From: an uncultured Gemmatimonadaceae bacterium
Lineage (GTDB): Bacteria > Gemmatimonadota > Gemmatimonadetes > Gemmatimonadales > Gemmatimonadaceae
Assembly: GCA_963716745.1 (NCBI GenBank)
Contig: OY970320.1
Coordinates: 3,072,001 to 3,136,000 of the forward strand
DNA: 64,000 nucleotides
Direction of reading: 5' to 3'
In this document: piece after piece, positions 40,569 through 51,519 of the stretch
How the letters are laid out: the number at the start of each line of letters is the position of its first letter
Position numbering within the stretch: the stretch's first letter is position 1
Program-made: the position numbers and the translations under genes
The notes under the pieces: model-generated
Databases searched by the model: none
What the model was told of the DNA's origin: nothing
What the model saw: the letters and a program-made list of their open reading frames with translations, nothing else

Positions 40569-42461
40569 TTGGATCTGCATTTCGGCACGGCGGAGGCGAC
40601 GCTCGAGGAGCGCGAGCGCGGTGGATGCGTTGCTCGGACCGCCGCAGAGCGGATGGGACGGAGGTGAACGCGTCGCCGCACGCGACACCCGCGTGGCCGA
40701 CGGCGGACTCTCCTATCACGGCGAGCGTACGCAATTGCTCCCGGCGCTGCGCGCGGTGCAATCGCGCTGCGGTTGGATCAGCGAGGGCGCGCTCACGTAC
40801 ATCTGCCATGCGTCTGAACGTGCCGCCCGCCGAAGCGTACGGCGTGGCGACGTTCTACGCGCTGCTGTCCACCACGCCGCGGCCCAAACGCATGCTGCAC
40901 GTGTGCGACGACATCGCGTGCAAGACGCGCGGCGCCGACGCGCTCATCGCCGCGCTCGAGAAGAAGGCGGGGCCCGCGGCGCATCACTCGCCGAACGGCG
41001 ATCACGCGCATGTGAATGCGAGCGGCGCCTCGTGGCTGCGCAGTCCGTGCCTCGGACTTTGCGATCGCGCGCCGGCGGCGTTCTTGCAGGTGGCCGGCGC
41101 GAAGCCGCAGGAGACGCTCGCGGGCGATGTGACGGAGAAAGAATTGATCGCGATGCTCGGCGGCACGCACAAGGCCAAGCCCCTCGCGATGCCCGCGATC
41201 CCGCAGCGAGGACAGAAGGATCTCCGCCTCCTCGCTCGAGTCGGCGTCGTGGACCCGTCGAGCCTGGACGACTACCGCGCGAGCGGCGGCTACGGCGCGC
41301 TGCGCCGCGCCTTCGAGATGGGCGCGGAGGCCGTCATCCGCGAGGTCACCGAGTCCAAGCTCGCGGGCCGCGGCGGCGCCGCGTTCCCCACCGGCCGCAA
41401 ATGGGATGCGGTGTCGAAGCAAACGGCGCGCCCGCACTATCTCATCTGCAACGCCGACGAATCCGAGCCCGGCACCTTCAAGGACCGCGTGCTCATGGAG
41501 GGCGATCCGTTCGCGATCATCGAATCGATGACGATCGCCGCTTTCGCCACCGGCTGCGAGCGCGCGTTCATCTACATCCGCGGCGAATATCCGCTCGCCA
41601 CCGCGCGACTGCAGCACGCGATCGACACCGCGCGCGCACACGGCATGCTTGGGCCCAACGTCATGGGCCACGGCTTCGCGCTCGAGATCGAGATCCGCCG
41701 CGGCGGCGGCGCGTACATCTGCGGCGAAGAGACCGCCATCTTCAATTCCATCGAAGGCTATCGCGGCGAGCCGCGCAACAAGCCGCCCTTCCCGGCGGAG
41801 AGCGGCGTGTTCCGCAAGCCGACGTGTGTGAACAACGTCGAGACGCTCGCGAACATCCCCTTCATCGTGCTGAACGGCGGCGCCGCCTTCGCGGCCACGG
41901 GAACCAAGGAGTCCACCGGCACGAGGCTTTTCTGCCTCTCCGGCGCCGTCGAGCGGCCCGGCGTGTATGAAGTGCCCTTCGGCGCCACGCTGCGCGATCT
42001 CCTCGCGCTCGCCGGCGGCCCGCGCGGCAAGCGTCCGCTCAAAGCCATTCTGCTCGGCGGCGCGGCCGGAGTGTTCGTGCGTCCCGACGAGCTCGACATC
42101 CCGCTCACCTTCGAAGGCGCGCGCGAAGCCAAGGTGACGCTCGGCTCCGGCGTGATCATGGCGTTCGACGACAGCACCGATATCACGCAGGTCATCCGGC
42201 GCATCGCGTCGTTCTTCCGCGACGAATCGTGCGGCCAGTGCGTGCCGTGCCGCGTGGGCACCGTGCGCCAGGAGGAGGCGTTGCACCGCCTCGCCTCCAA
42301 GCGCACGCGCGGTGGCGTCGCGGCCGAGCTCGCGCTGCTCGACGAGATCGGCACGGCCATGAAGGATGCGTCGATCTGCGGACTCGGCCAAACGGCGTAC
42401 AGCGCGGTGGAGTCGGCGATGAAGCGACTCGAATCTCTACAGCGCGGAGGGCGCCGTATGA
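40569..42461 (+). CDS. Fused NuoE-NuoF-like NAD(H)/FMN-binding subunit of FDH (apparent frameshifts near 40615, 40808, 42430)
   Basis: GAGGAG RBS and TTG start MDLHFG; YGVATFY, CDDIAC, CLGLC; GRGGAAFPTG.KW, NADESEPGTFKDR, YICGEET, ESCGQCVPCRVG, SICGLG. Confidence 0.88.
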
Positions 42462-43405
42462 CCGCGCTCGTCCAGCTGCGCACGCCCAAGCGCACCGTCG
42501 CGCTCACGATCGACGGCGAGCAGGTGTCCGTGCCGGAGGGTTCGACGATCCTCGACGCGGCGGCCGCGATGGGCAAGTCGCTGCCCACGCTCTGCTATCT
42601 CGAAACACTGCACCCGGTGAACGCGTGCCGAGTGTGCGTGGTGGAGCTCGAGGGCTCACGCGTGCTCGTGCCCAGTTGCTCGCGCAAGGTGGAAGCGGGA
42701 ATGGTTGTGCGTACCAACAGCGAACGCGTGAAGCACAGCCGCAAGATGGTGCTCGAGTTCCTCGCGTCGAGCGTGGACCTCTCCACCACGCCGCACGTCT
42801 CCGAGTGGCTCGATGAGTACGACTGCCGGCCCGCGCGCTACGGTCCGCCGGCGCCCGCGGCCCAGGACGGCGCACGCGACGAGGTGCACACCGGCCATCA
42901 CGATGCGCCCGATCCCGCGTTCGCGGCCACCGTGCGTCAGCCGCTCAAGAACGACAACGAGCTCTACGTGCGCGATTACGGCAAGTGCATCCTGTGCTAC
43001 AAGTGCGTGGAAGCGTGCGGCACCGATTTCCAGAACACCTTCGCCATCGCCGTCGCGGGCCGTGGATTCGACGCGCGCATCTCCACCGAGTTCGCCACCC
43101 CGCTGCCGGGCTCGGCGTGCGTGTACTGCGGGAATTGCATCGCCGTGTGCCCCACGGGTGCGCTGATGTTCACGAGCGAACACACCAAGCGCGCCGACGG
43201 CACATGGGACGAATCGAAGCAGGCACAGGTGGACACGATCTGTCCGTACTGCGGTGTGGGCTGCACGCTCACGCTGCACGTGCAGGACAACGAGATCGTG
43301 AAAGTGACATCGCCCTTCGACGTGTCGATCACCGAGGGGAATCTCTGCATCAAGGGACGGTTCGGCTGGCGCTACGTGCAGTCGCGCGGCGACGCGCGCG
43401 CATGA
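42458..43405 (+). CDS. 2Fe-2S/4Fe-4S subunit equivalent to the N-terminal part of FdsA/NuoG-type alpha subunits
   Basis: PTLCY..NACRVC..C; CILCYKCVEAC; CVYCGNCIAVCP; C-terminal TICPYCGVGC...NLCIKGRFG; GGAGG RBS and ATGA overlap. Confidence 0.92.
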   Translation: MTALVQLRTPKRTVALTIDGEQVSVPEGSTILDAAAAMGKSLPTLCYLETLHPVNACRVCVVELEGSRVLVPSCSRKVEAGMVVRTNSERVKHSRKMVLEFLASSVDLSTTPHVSEWLDEYDCRPARYGPPAPAAQDGARDEVHTGHHDAPDPAFAATVRQPLKNDNELYVRDYGKCILCYKCVEACGTDFQNTFAIAVAGRGFDARISTEFATPLPGSACVYCGNCIAVCPTGALMFTSEHTKRADGTWDESKQAQVDTICPYCGVGCTLTLHVQDNEIVKVTSPFDVSITEGNLCIKGRFGWRYVQSRGDARA

Positions 43406-44254
43406 CGCTGCCCCCCGAGCTCACGCCGGGGCACCCGCTCTTCGGACTCGGCTACGCCAAGCCGCAACTCGAGCGCGAATTCGTGCGGCTCGATGAGGAC
43501 GGCGCGACGAAGGAGCATTCGAGCGTCGCGGAGGAAGTCCCCGTCGCGCTCGTGTACAACCAGCGTCCGCACGTCGTGATGATGGCGACGCCGGCCGACC
43601 TCGAAGATTTCGCGACGGGCTTCACCCTCTCCGAGGAGATCGTCGCGCGCGCGAGCGACATCGCGAGCGTGCGCGTGCAGCCATACAGCCAGGGCGTGGA
43701 GATCCAGATCACCATTCCTGCGAGCGCGGCGGCGGCGCTCGAGCAGCGCGGCCGCCAGCTCGTGGGACAAACGGGCTGTGGACTCTGCGGCGTGCAGACC
43801 ATCGCCGATGCACTCCGCCCCACGCGCGCCGTGACCGCCAAGTGGACGCTCCACGCGAGCGCAGTCTGGCGCGCCGAGGGCGCGCTGGCCGCGCGACAGG
43901 AACTGAACCAGAGCACCGGCGCCGTGCACGCCGCCGCGTGGGCCACGCGCGAGCGGCGAACTCACTGTCGTGCGCGAAGACGTCGGCCGCCACAACGCGC
44001 TCGACAAGGTGACCGGCGCCCTCGCGCGCGCCGGCACCGACGCGAGCGCGGGCTTCCTGGTGCTCACGAGTCGCGCGAGCTACGAATTGGTTCAGAAAGC
44101 CAGCGTCGCCGGCGTTCCCATTCTCGCGACGGTCTCGCGACCCACGGGTCTCGCGATCAGACTGGCCGAGGCTGCAGGGATCACGCTCATATCGTTGTTG
44201 CGCGGTTCCAGCGCGAACGTATACTCGCACCCCGAACGCGTGAGTAGTGCGTAG
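43402..44254 (+). CDS. fdhD: Formate dehydrogenase accessory sulfurtransferase (apparent frameshift near 43952)
   Basis: VAEEVPV, MMATPADLEDFA.GF, CGLCG, TGAVHAAA, REDVGRHNALDK, SRASYELVQK. Confidence 0.95.
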
Positions 44255-44285
44255 GTCGCGCGCGCGTTGGTCATCGCGCGAAGAC

Positions 44286-44417
44286 GGCGGGCGGCGGTTC
44301 CCGGCTAGGCCGCTTTCGCTCGAACCGCTTCGAGCCTCGCGGCTGGACCGCGCCGCGAGTCTCTCGCTTCTCGCTGCCGCGGCTGCGCCGGGATCCGCCC
44401 CCCGCCTCTGGATCGCG
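44286..44417 (-). repeat. Structured intergenic repeat copy C
   Basis: Reverse complement of consensus, with TTCGAGC variant. Confidence 0.93.
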
Positions 44418-44493
44418 AACCGCGCGCAGCCCGCGAATGCGAGACCGGATCGCCGCGCTCTCCCGCTCGTTATGCGGCCATTTGGCGATTCAA

Positions 44494-44633
44494 GATCATC
44501 GCAGGGAGCGCCGCTGGCGTCGGCGCAGCCGCGGCAGCGAAAAGCGAGAGACTCGCGCGTAGTATGCGCGAGGCTCGAAGCGGTTTGAGCGAAAGCGGCC
44601 TAGCCGACGCCGGCGGCGCGACCGCGGCGCGAT
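44494..44633 (+). repeat. Structured intergenic repeat copy D
   Basis: Consensus core; outer stem GCGCCGCTGGCGTCGGC/GCCGACGCCGGCGGCGC. Confidence 0.95.
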
Positions 44634-44643
44634 GTTCTAGGCC

Positions 44644-45744
44644 CTATGACAGCATCGCCGAGCCGAGATAAACAGCGAAGATCACGATGAGCACCGTGCC
44701 TTGGAGGATCGTCGTCTTCCCCGTGCGCAGCGCGAGTGCGGTCACGAAGAGCGAGAGGACGAGCAGCACCGTGCTCTTGCCGTCGATGCCGAGCGTGAGC
44801 GTGAGTCCGGTCGCGAGCGACACGATCGCGACTGCGGGGATCGTCAGCCCGATACTCGCGAGCGCGCTGCCGAGCGCGAGGTTGAGACTCGTCTGCAAGC
44901 GGTTCTGGCGCGCGGCGCGCACCGCGGCGATCCCCTCCGGCATGAGCACGACGCCAGCAATGATCACGCCGACCAGCGCCGGCGGCGCGCCCGCGCGCGC
45001 GACCGCGTCCTCGAGCGTGGGCGCGATCTTCTTCGCGAGCAGCACCACGGCCGCGAGACACACGAGCAGCAATGTCGCGCTGAGCGCGGTCGCGCGGTTC
45101 GACGGCGGCGGCGCGTCCACCGCGACGCCGCTCGGCGATGCCTCGAGGAAATAGCCGCGGTGGCGCACCGTCTGCACCAGCACGAAGGTCCCGTACAGCA
45201 CCAGCGAGACCAGCGCGATGAACGCGAGCTGTCCCGGCCCATACACCGGACCGGCCACGTGCGTGTCGTAATTGGGAAGGATGAGCGTGAGCACCGCGAT
45301 CGTCGCGAGCGTCGTGAGCGCGCCCGTGACGCCATCGATGCCGAACGTCTGCTCGCGATGCCGCATGGCGCCCACGAGCAGGCACATCCCGACCATGCCG
45401 GTGAGGATGATCATGAGCGTCGCGAACACCGTGTCGCGTGCGAGCGCGGCGGTGGCCGCGCCGCCCGCGATCATGAGCGACACGATGAGCGCGACCTCGA
45501 TGAGCGTCACCGCGATCGCGAGCACGAGCGTCCCGAAGGGCTCGCCCACGCGATGCGCTACCGCCTCGGCATGGTGCACCGCGGCGAGCACCGCTCCCAC
45601 GAGCGCGAGCGCGAGCACCACTACGAACCACGCGCCCGTGATCGCCAGCGCCGCCACTATCATCCCCCACGCCACCACCGGCGCCGCGATCGTCCACTTC
45701 GGCAAATGCGCGACACCGGGCGTCGTCTCTTGGTCTTCAGCCAT
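44644..45744 (-). CDS. chaA: Ca2+/H+ antiporter (ChaA/CaCA family)
   Basis: AVHHAE.VAHRVGEPFGTLVLA.AVT.IEV, PEG.AAV.AA, NLALGSALASIGLTIP. Confidence 0.9.
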   Translation of the reverse strand: MAEDQETTPGVAHLPKWTIAAPVVAWGMIVAALAITGAWFVVVLALALVGAVLAAVHHAEAVAHRVGEPFGTLVLAIAVTLIEVALIVSLMIAGGAATAALARDTVFATLMIILTGMVGMCLLVGAMRHREQTFGIDGVTGALTTLATIAVLTLILPNYDTHVAGPVYGPGQLAFIALVSLVLYGTFVLVQTVRHRGYFLEASPSGVAVDAPPPSNRATALSATLLLVCLAAVVLLAKKIAPTLEDAVARAGAPPALVGVIIAGVVLMPEGIAAVRAARQNRLQTSLNLALGSALASIGLTIPAVAIVSLATGLTLTLGIDGKSTVLLVLSLFVTALALRTGKTTILQGTVLIVIFAVYLGSAMLS

Positions 45745-45863
45745 GCGAGATAACCTAGCGCGTCAGGTGGATCATTGCAGTCAGCGCGCGCGAAGCGACC
45801 AGACCGCCGATCGCGCCTCATCGCATGGGTTGCGGCAATAGCACCCCGCCGAAACCATTGACG

Positions 45864-46004
45864 CGATCACGATCAGGGAGCGAGCGAGCGGTCGGCGCAG
45901 CCGCGATAGCGAAAAGCGAGAGACTCGCGGCGGTATCGCGAGGCTCGAAGCGGTTTGAGCGAAAGCGGCCTAGCCGACCGCTCGCTCGCGACCGGCCGCG
46001 CGAT
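45864..46004 (+). repeat. Structured intergenic repeat copy E
   Basis: Consensus core; perfect outer stem GCGAGCGAGCGGTCGGC/GCCGACCGCTCGCTCGC. Confidence 0.95.
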
Positions 46005-46196
46005 GACCCCGAACCTTGCAAGCAATTCGGGGTTATACTAGATACAAGAAGAATCGGACCGGTGCGGTCGACCGGTCCCCCGGACGTGCGAGGCTTGTCT
46101 CGCAAGTCGAGGGCGCAGGCGAGGCTCCCAGCGATGGGGCCGGCCGGCGCCCTTTTTCATTCGTGCACCTTCACCTCTCAACGAGGCGATCGATAC

Positions 46197-47975
46197 ATGC
46201 GAGTCTTCACCAAGGAACTCACCGCGATCGCGCTGGCGGCCGCCGTCCAGATGACGCTGCCGCCGTCGCTCTACGCCGATCCGCCGGCGCGCGTGGCGCG
46301 CATCAGCTTCGTTACGGGCGACGCATCGCTCCGCCATGGTACGTCGGGCGACTGGATGGCGTTCATGATGAACTATCCAGTGACCACCGGCGACGAACTC
46401 TGGGTCGACGCCGGCGGACGCTCGGAACTCCACTTCGGCTCGTCCGCGCTCCGGCTCGGCGAGCGTACGGCACTGTCATTCGTGCTGCTCGAGGACGATC
46501 GCGTCGTGCTGCGCCTCACGCAGGGCGAGATCTCGCTGCGCGTGCGCTCGCTCGATGAGAGCGATCACATGGAGATCGAGACGCCGACATCCACCGTGTC
46601 CGTCATGCGCCCCGGGGACTATCGGCTCACCGTGGACTCGTTGGGACTGAGTACGCTGGTCGCCGTGCGCGTCGGCGATGCGCAGGTCGCATCGTCCGGG
46701 GGAACCTATGAAGTGCTCGCGGGTCACGTGGGCCTCGCGTCGAGCGATCCGAATACGCCGTTCGATGTCCGGCCGCTGCCGGTGGAGCCGGCCGATGAAT
46801 TCGACGCCTGGGCGCAGTCGCGGGCGCGCGCCGAGGATGCGTCACCATCGGGCCGCTATGTGTCGATGGAGATGACGGGGTACGAAGCGCTCGACGCATA
46901 CGGACATTGGGAGGAGACGCCCGATTACGGCGAGGTGTGGGTCCCGTCGAACGTCGGCGACGATTGGGCGCCGTATCGCGTGGGCCGCTGGGTGTGGGTG
47001 GATCCGTGGGGATGGACGTGGATCGATGCGGAGCCGTGGGGCTTTGCGCCGTTCCACTATGGACGATGGGCGCGCTACGGCGGCGTATGGGTCTGGGCGC
47101 CGGGCGTGCGCGTCGCGCGGCCGGTGTACGCGCCCGCGCTGGTGGCCTTTGTTGGGGGAGGGACGTGGAGCGTGTCGGCCCGGTTCGGCCCGGCGGGAGG
47201 CGTCGCGTGGTTCCCGCTGGCGCCCGGCGAACCGTGGGTGCCGTCATATCACGCGAGCACGACGTACGTGAGGAACGTGAACATCACGAACGTGCACGTC
47301 ACGAACATCAACGTGACGAACGTGAACGTGCAGAACATCCACTATAAGAACGTGCAGGTCGCCGGCGCCGTGACGGCGGTGCCGCGCGAGACCTTCGTCT
47401 CCGCGAAGCCGGTGCGCGCTGCGGCGGTGCCGCTGCAGCCGCAGGACGTACGGCAGATCCAGGTGGTGGCGCACGCGCCGCCGGTGACCCCGAGCCCGGC
47501 GAGCCGGATCACTCCGGTCTCCGCGCATCCCGCCGCGCCGCCGCCACGCGTTGCGACGCACATCACGGAGTTGCACGCGGAGCCTCCACCGCACCCGGCG
47601 CCGGCAGCCGCACCGGCCGTTCCGCCAACACGAATGAACGGCCCGGGCACCGCCGTACGCGTGCCCGTGGATCCGCGTCCGCGCGCCGACATCATCGCGC
47701 AGCAGCGCGCGGTGCAATCACGCCAGGTACTCGAACACGCGCAGCTGCAGGACAAACATCTCCAGGAAAAAGCGAGCGCGCCGAAGGGCCAAGTGCCGCC
47801 CCAGATGCAGTCGCGCCAGCAGAAGGAGACCCAGACGATGGAAGCGCGCCACGCCACTGAGAACGCGCCCAAGCACCCGGTGTCGCCCGCGAAGGTAGCG
47901 CCGCCACCGAAACCCGTGCCGGCGCACGCGCCGCCGCCCAAACCGAAGGAGGAGCCGAAGCCGCCGACGCGTTAG
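46197..47975 (+). CDS. FecR-like/DUF6600 domain exported protein with Pro-rich tail
   Basis: Signal peptide then DPPARVAR; WAPY..GRWVWVDPWGWTWID.EPWGFAPFHYGRW; YAPALVAF; WFPLAPGE. Confidence 0.88.
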   Translation: MRVFTKELTAIALAAAVQMTLPPSLYADPPARVARISFVTGDASLRHGTSGDWMAFMMNYPVTTGDELWVDAGGRSELHFGSSALRLGERTALSFVLLEDDRVVLRLTQGEISLRVRSLDESDHMEIETPTSTVSVMRPGDYRLTVDSLGLSTLVAVRVGDAQVASSGGTYEVLAGHVGLASSDPNTPFDVRPLPVEPADEFDAWAQSRARAEDASPSGRYVSMEMTGYEALDAYGHWEETPDYGEVWVPSNVGDDWAPYRVGRWVWVDPWGWTWIDAEPWGFAPFHYGRWARYGGVWVWAPGVRVARPVYAPALVAFVGGGTWSVSARFGPAGGVAWFPLAPGEPWVPSYHASTTYVRNVNITNVHVTNINVTNVNVQNIHYKNVQVAGAVTAVPRETFVSAKPVRAAAVPLQPQDVRQIQVVAHAPPVTPSPASRITPVSAHPAAPPPRVATHITELHAEPPPHPAPAAAPAVPPTRMNGPGTAVRVPVDPRPRADIIAQQRAVQSRQVLEHAQLQDKHLQEKASAPKGQVPPQMQSRQQKETQTMEARHATENAPKHPVSPAKVAPPPKPVPAHAPPPKPKEEPKPPTR

Positions 47976-48072
47976 CTCAACCGGCCGTCAGCTTCGTGTT
48001 CGAGAAAGCCGGCCGGCCGCGCACCCAGTGAGTTGCGCGGCCGGCCGCCTTCGCGGTCAGCCGAGCAGGCGA

Positions 48073-48212
48073 GATCGACGGCAGGGAGCGCCGCCGCCTC
48101 CGGCGCAGCCGCGATAGCGAAAGCGAGAGCCTCGCGCGCAGTGTGCGCGAGGCTCGAAGCGGTTTGAGCGAAAGCGGCCTAGCCGGAGACGGCGTCGCGA
48201 CCGAGCGCGCGA
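48073..48212 (+). repeat. Structured intergenic repeat copy F
   Basis: Consensus core between convergent genes. Confidence 0.95.
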
Positions 48213-48220
48213 CCGAAGTT

Positions 48221-48991
48221 CTACTCGCGTGGCTCCGATCGATAGATGGGCCCGAGCTTCTCAACGGCCGACGTGCGCAGGAGCCGGAAGAACAGCGCGC
48301 GCAATTCGAAATGCAGGTTCTCGATCATGTCCTCGCGCTCCTTCCAGAAATCGTCGTCGATGCCGAGCTGGCGGCGGCACTCGATCGAGAGCGTGAGCCC
48401 GTTCACATCGGGATCCGGATCGATGAACGCGCCCATCGGGTTCGGCTGGATCTCCACCACGCGCGAATACGTCTCGTCGTTCAGCTCGACGCGCAGGTGC
48501 ATGCCGCGCTCGGGCACCGGCTCGCCGTTCATGCGCACATCCACGCGCAGTCCTTCCAGCTGCCGCTCCGGCATCTCGCGCAGCACGTTCACGAACTTCA
48601 GCGAGATGCGCTCCACCGCGCCCACCATCTTGCTCGCCCGCAGCGCGTCGGTGAGCGCCTCGATGCGGTCGCGCACTTCGTCCCACCCGGGATACGGCGC
48701 CACGAGCCGCAGCCACACCGCCTGATCGCCCACCATGACCGCCGCGAGGGGACTGAACTGACGGATCCGCGGCTGGTATCGCATCTCTTCCTGCGTCTTC
48801 CGGAATTGCGCGGGCGCTGCCGACACCGGGATCGACTCCGAGCGCGGATACGCCTCGGTGAGCACGGTGCGGAAATACGCCGGCAAACCCTCGGCTTTGT
48901 CGCCGCTCAGCGGCTTGAAGCGCAGCTCGAACGTGGCCTCCTCGATCGGCGGCCGCGCGAGTTCCTGCGGGAGAAGATATTTGTTGGACAC
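48221..48991 (-). CDS. TIGR04255-like protein
   Basis: N-terminal L.RPPIEEA.FELRF; YPGW..; RISLKFVN. Confidence 0.75.
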   Translation of the reverse strand: MSNKYLLPQELARPPIEEATFELRFKPLSGDKAEGLPAYFRTVLTEAYPRSESIPVSAAPAQFRKTQEEMRYQPRIRQFSPLAAVMVGDQAVWLRLVAPYPGWDEVRDRIEALTDALRASKMVGAVERISLKFVNVLREMPERQLEGLRVDVRMNGEPVPERGMHLRVELNDETYSRVVEIQPNPMGAFIDPDPDVNGLTLSIECRRQLGIDDDFWKEREDMIENLHFELRALFFRLLRTSAVEKLGPIYRSEPRE

Positions 48992-49041
48992 GCCAAGAAC
49001 CTATCCCGCGCCCGCGGGTCGTGCCAGCCGCGCGGCTGCGT

Positions 49042-49725
49042 TCAGCGGGGCCCGAGCCGCGCGCGCAGTGCCCGCTCGCCGGCGGGGGAGACCATGACCG
49101 CGCGCGAGCCGCGATGCGGCCGCGCCCACCCGAGGGCGTAGAGGCGCCGGAGCATCGCGGCGCCGAGCGCGCCGGCGAGATGATGGCGGCGCGCACTCCA
49201 GTCGAGACACGCGAGACACAGCGGCCGCCGGCTCCGCTCGAGCGCCGCGAGGTCGATCCCCAGTTCGAGAAATGCTCTCGCGCCGGATTCGGTGAGTCTC
49301 ACGGTGGTGCCCGCGGACCGCAGCCATCCACGCTGGTGCATGCCGTCGTACACGAGCACGCCGAACTCTCCCGCCAGATGGTCGTAGCACACGCGCGCGC
49401 GGCGGAGCGCCGGGTCGGTCGGGCCGGAGTCCACGCGTACGGCACCCGCGCGATGTGCGAGCGTGCCGAGGCGTTCGATCACGGACGCGACGTCGTGCGA
49501 CGCGACGCGGAAATAGCGGTAGCGGCCGGCGTTCTCCACGGCCACGAGGTGCGCGCGCTCCAGCTTCCCGAGATGCGAGCTGGCCGTCGGCTTGGAAACG
49601 CGCGCGGCGCGCGCGAGTTCGGTGGCGGTGAGCGCGCGGCCGGACATGAGGGCGAGCAGGATCGTGGCGCGCGCGCGGTCGCCGATGAGCGCGGCGATCG
49701 CCGCGATGTCCGGGGTGTCGTCCAT
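49042..49725 (-). CDS. ArsR-family winged-helix transcriptional regulator
   Basis: [51 protein letters not shown]. Confidence 0.92.
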   Translation of the reverse strand: MDDTPDIAAIAALIGDRARATILLALMSGRALTATELARAARVSKPTASSHLGKLERAHLVAVENAGRYRYFRVASHDVASVIERLGTLAHRAGAVRVDSGPTDPALRRARVCYDHLAGEFGVLVYDGMHQRGWLRSAGTTVRLTESGARAFLELGIDLAALERSRRPLCLACLDWSARRHHLAGALGAAMLRRLYALGWARPHRGSRAVMVSPAGERALRARLGPR

Positions 49726-49747
49726 GGTTCCATTGTAGTCGAACCAT
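49724..49747. promoter_or_regulatory. Palindromic operator between ArsR regulator and NIPSNAP gene
   Basis: ATGGTTC-N10-GAACCAT overlapping the regulator start codon. Confidence 0.6.
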
Positions 49748-49776
49748 TAGCGAGAGGCAATGCGCCATCATCCGGC

Positions 49777-50200
49777 ATGGACCCACTCGACCCGATCGTT
49801 CCCCGCCGCGGGTTCCTCGGCCGACTCGCCGCCGGCGCGGCCGCGCTGGCCGGCATGCCTCTCTCTTCGCGCGGAGCCGCCATGCAAGTCACCTGCTTCA
49901 TCCGCTATGAGATCGACCCCGTGCAGCGCGACGCGTTCGCCGAGTATGCCGACCGGTGGGCGAAGATCATCCCGCGCTGCGGCGGCGATCTCATCGGGTA
50001 TTTCCTGCCGTACGAGGGGACGAACTACGTAGGCTTCGCGCTCATTTCGTTCAACTCTCTCGCGGCATACGAGCAATACCGCGCGCGGCTGCGCGGCGAT
50101 GCCGATGCGCAAGCGAACTTCGGTTTCGCTCAGTCGAAGCGGTTCATCCTGAAGGAGGAACAGGACGTTCCTGCAGGGAGTGCCGAGCACGATGAAGTGA
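49777..50200 (+). CDS. NIPSNAP family protein (alternative start 49882; apparent frameshift at ~50161)
   Basis: [47 protein letters not shown]; shifted frame ends [17 protein letters not shown]. Confidence 0.88.
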
Positions 50201-50214
50201 CTTACCTTTCGCCA

Positions 50215-50703
50215 ATGGCCGAGGAAACTCCGGACTATCGCGCGCTGCCCAAGCGCGCCGCGTATGATGCGCTCGCCGCGAACGTGCGCGCCGTGCTCGA
50301 TGGCGTGCGCGATCCCATCACCGCGATGGCGACGGTGAGCGCGCTCGCGCACCACGGCTTCGGATTCCTGTGGACGGGTTTCTATCGCGTGGTCGAGCCC
50401 GGTCGGCTGCTGCAGGTCGGCCCGTACCAAGGCACGCTCGGCTGCATCGATATCACATTCGGGCGTGGCGTGTGCGGCACCGCGGCCGCCGAGCGACGCA
50501 CCGTGATCGTGCCCGACGTGAACGCGTTCCCGGGTCACATCGCGTGCGACGCCCGCGCGCGTTCGGAGATCGTGGTTCCCGTATTCGATGCATCGCGCGC
50601 ACTGATCGCGGTGCTCGACGTGGACAGCGATCGCGTGGGCGCCTTCGACGATGACGATCGCGCGGGATTGGAGCGCGTGGTCGAGTGGTTCGCGCAGCCA
50701 TGA
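50215..50703 (+). CDS. msrC: GAF domain protein, free methionine-(R)-sulfoxide reductase-like
   Basis: [40 protein letters not shown]. Confidence 0.85.
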   Translation: MAEETPDYRALPKRAAYDALAANVRAVLDGVRDPITAMATVSALAHHGFGFLWTGFYRVVEPGRLLQVGPYQGTLGCIDITFGRGVCGTAAAERRTVIVPDVNAFPGHIACDARARSEIVVPVFDASRALIAVLDVDSDRVGAFDDDDRAGLERVVEWFAQP

Positions 50704-51518
50704 GCCTCATCTCACCGCGCGCGCAGCGTTTTCGCGAACTCCACGCGTCGGGCTGCTTCGTGATGCCCAACCCATGGGACCCGGGCAGCGCGCGCCTCCT
50801 CGCGCAACTCGGATTCCCGGCGATCGCCACCACGAGCTCCGGATTCGCGTGGAGCCGAGGCCGCTCGGACAATCACGTGCCGCTGCGCGAGATGCTCGAT
50901 CATCTCCGGTCCATCGCGGCTGCGGTGGATATTCCCGTGAACGCCGATTTCGAGGGCGGCTTCGCCGTGGGGCCGGTGGAGGTCGCGCGGAACGTTGGGT
51001 TGGCCGCCGTGACGGGCGTCGCCGGCCTTTCGATCGAGGATTCCACCGGCGATCCGGCGGACCCGCTCTTCGATTTCGCGCTCTCGGTGGATCGCATGCG
51101 TGCGGCGCGCCGCGCGATCGACGACGTGGGCACCGGCGTCGTGCTCACGGGGCGCTCCGAGGGATTCATCGTCGGCCGGCCCGATCTCGACGAGACCATT
51201 CGGCGCCTCGTCGCGTACGCCGGCGCCGGCGCGGATTGTCTCTACGCGCCCGGCATCAAGACGAAGGCGGAGATCGCCGCGGTCGTGAAGGCCGTCGCGC
51301 CGAAGCCGGTGAATGTCCTCGTCGGCGGCGATTTCACCACCGTCGCCGACCTCGCCGCGCTCGGCGTGCGCCGCATCAGCACCGGCGGCGCGCTCGCGCG
51401 CGCGGCGTGGGGCGCGTTCCTCGCGGCCGCGCGCGAGATCGAAGGGCAGGGGACGTTCGGCGCACTCACGCGCGGCGTGCCCTTTGACGAGATCGATCGG
51501 TCGTTCGCAGATTCGTGA
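50700..51518 (+). CDS. Isocitrate lyase/PEP mutase family protein
   Basis: [37 protein letters not shown]. Confidence 0.92.
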   Translation: MSLISPRAQRFRELHASGCFVMPNPWDPGSARLLAQLGFPAIATTSSGFAWSRGRSDNHVPLREMLDHLRSIAAAVDIPVNADFEGGFAVGPVEVARNVGLAAVTGVAGLSIEDSTGDPADPLFDFALSVDRMRAARRAIDDVGTGVVLTGRSEGFIVGRPDLDETIRRLVAYAGAGADCLYAPGIKTKAEIAAVVKAVAPKPVNVLVGGDFTTVADLAALGVRRISTGGALARAAWGAFLAAAREIEGQGTFGALTRGVPFDEIDRSFADS

Positions 51519-51519
51519 C

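Noticed and set aside
39677..43405. 1242-aa FDH-NuoEF-FeS mega-fusion in the ORF track
   Set aside because: Internal RBS/start signals (40569 TTG, 42458 ATGA overlap) and an off-frame NuoE N-terminus show separate genes joined by indel artefacts
49021..50703. NIPSNAP-GAF fusion ORF
   Set aside because: A +1 indel at ~50161 hides the natural EERTFL...TGA end; the 5' part is antisense to the ArsR gene
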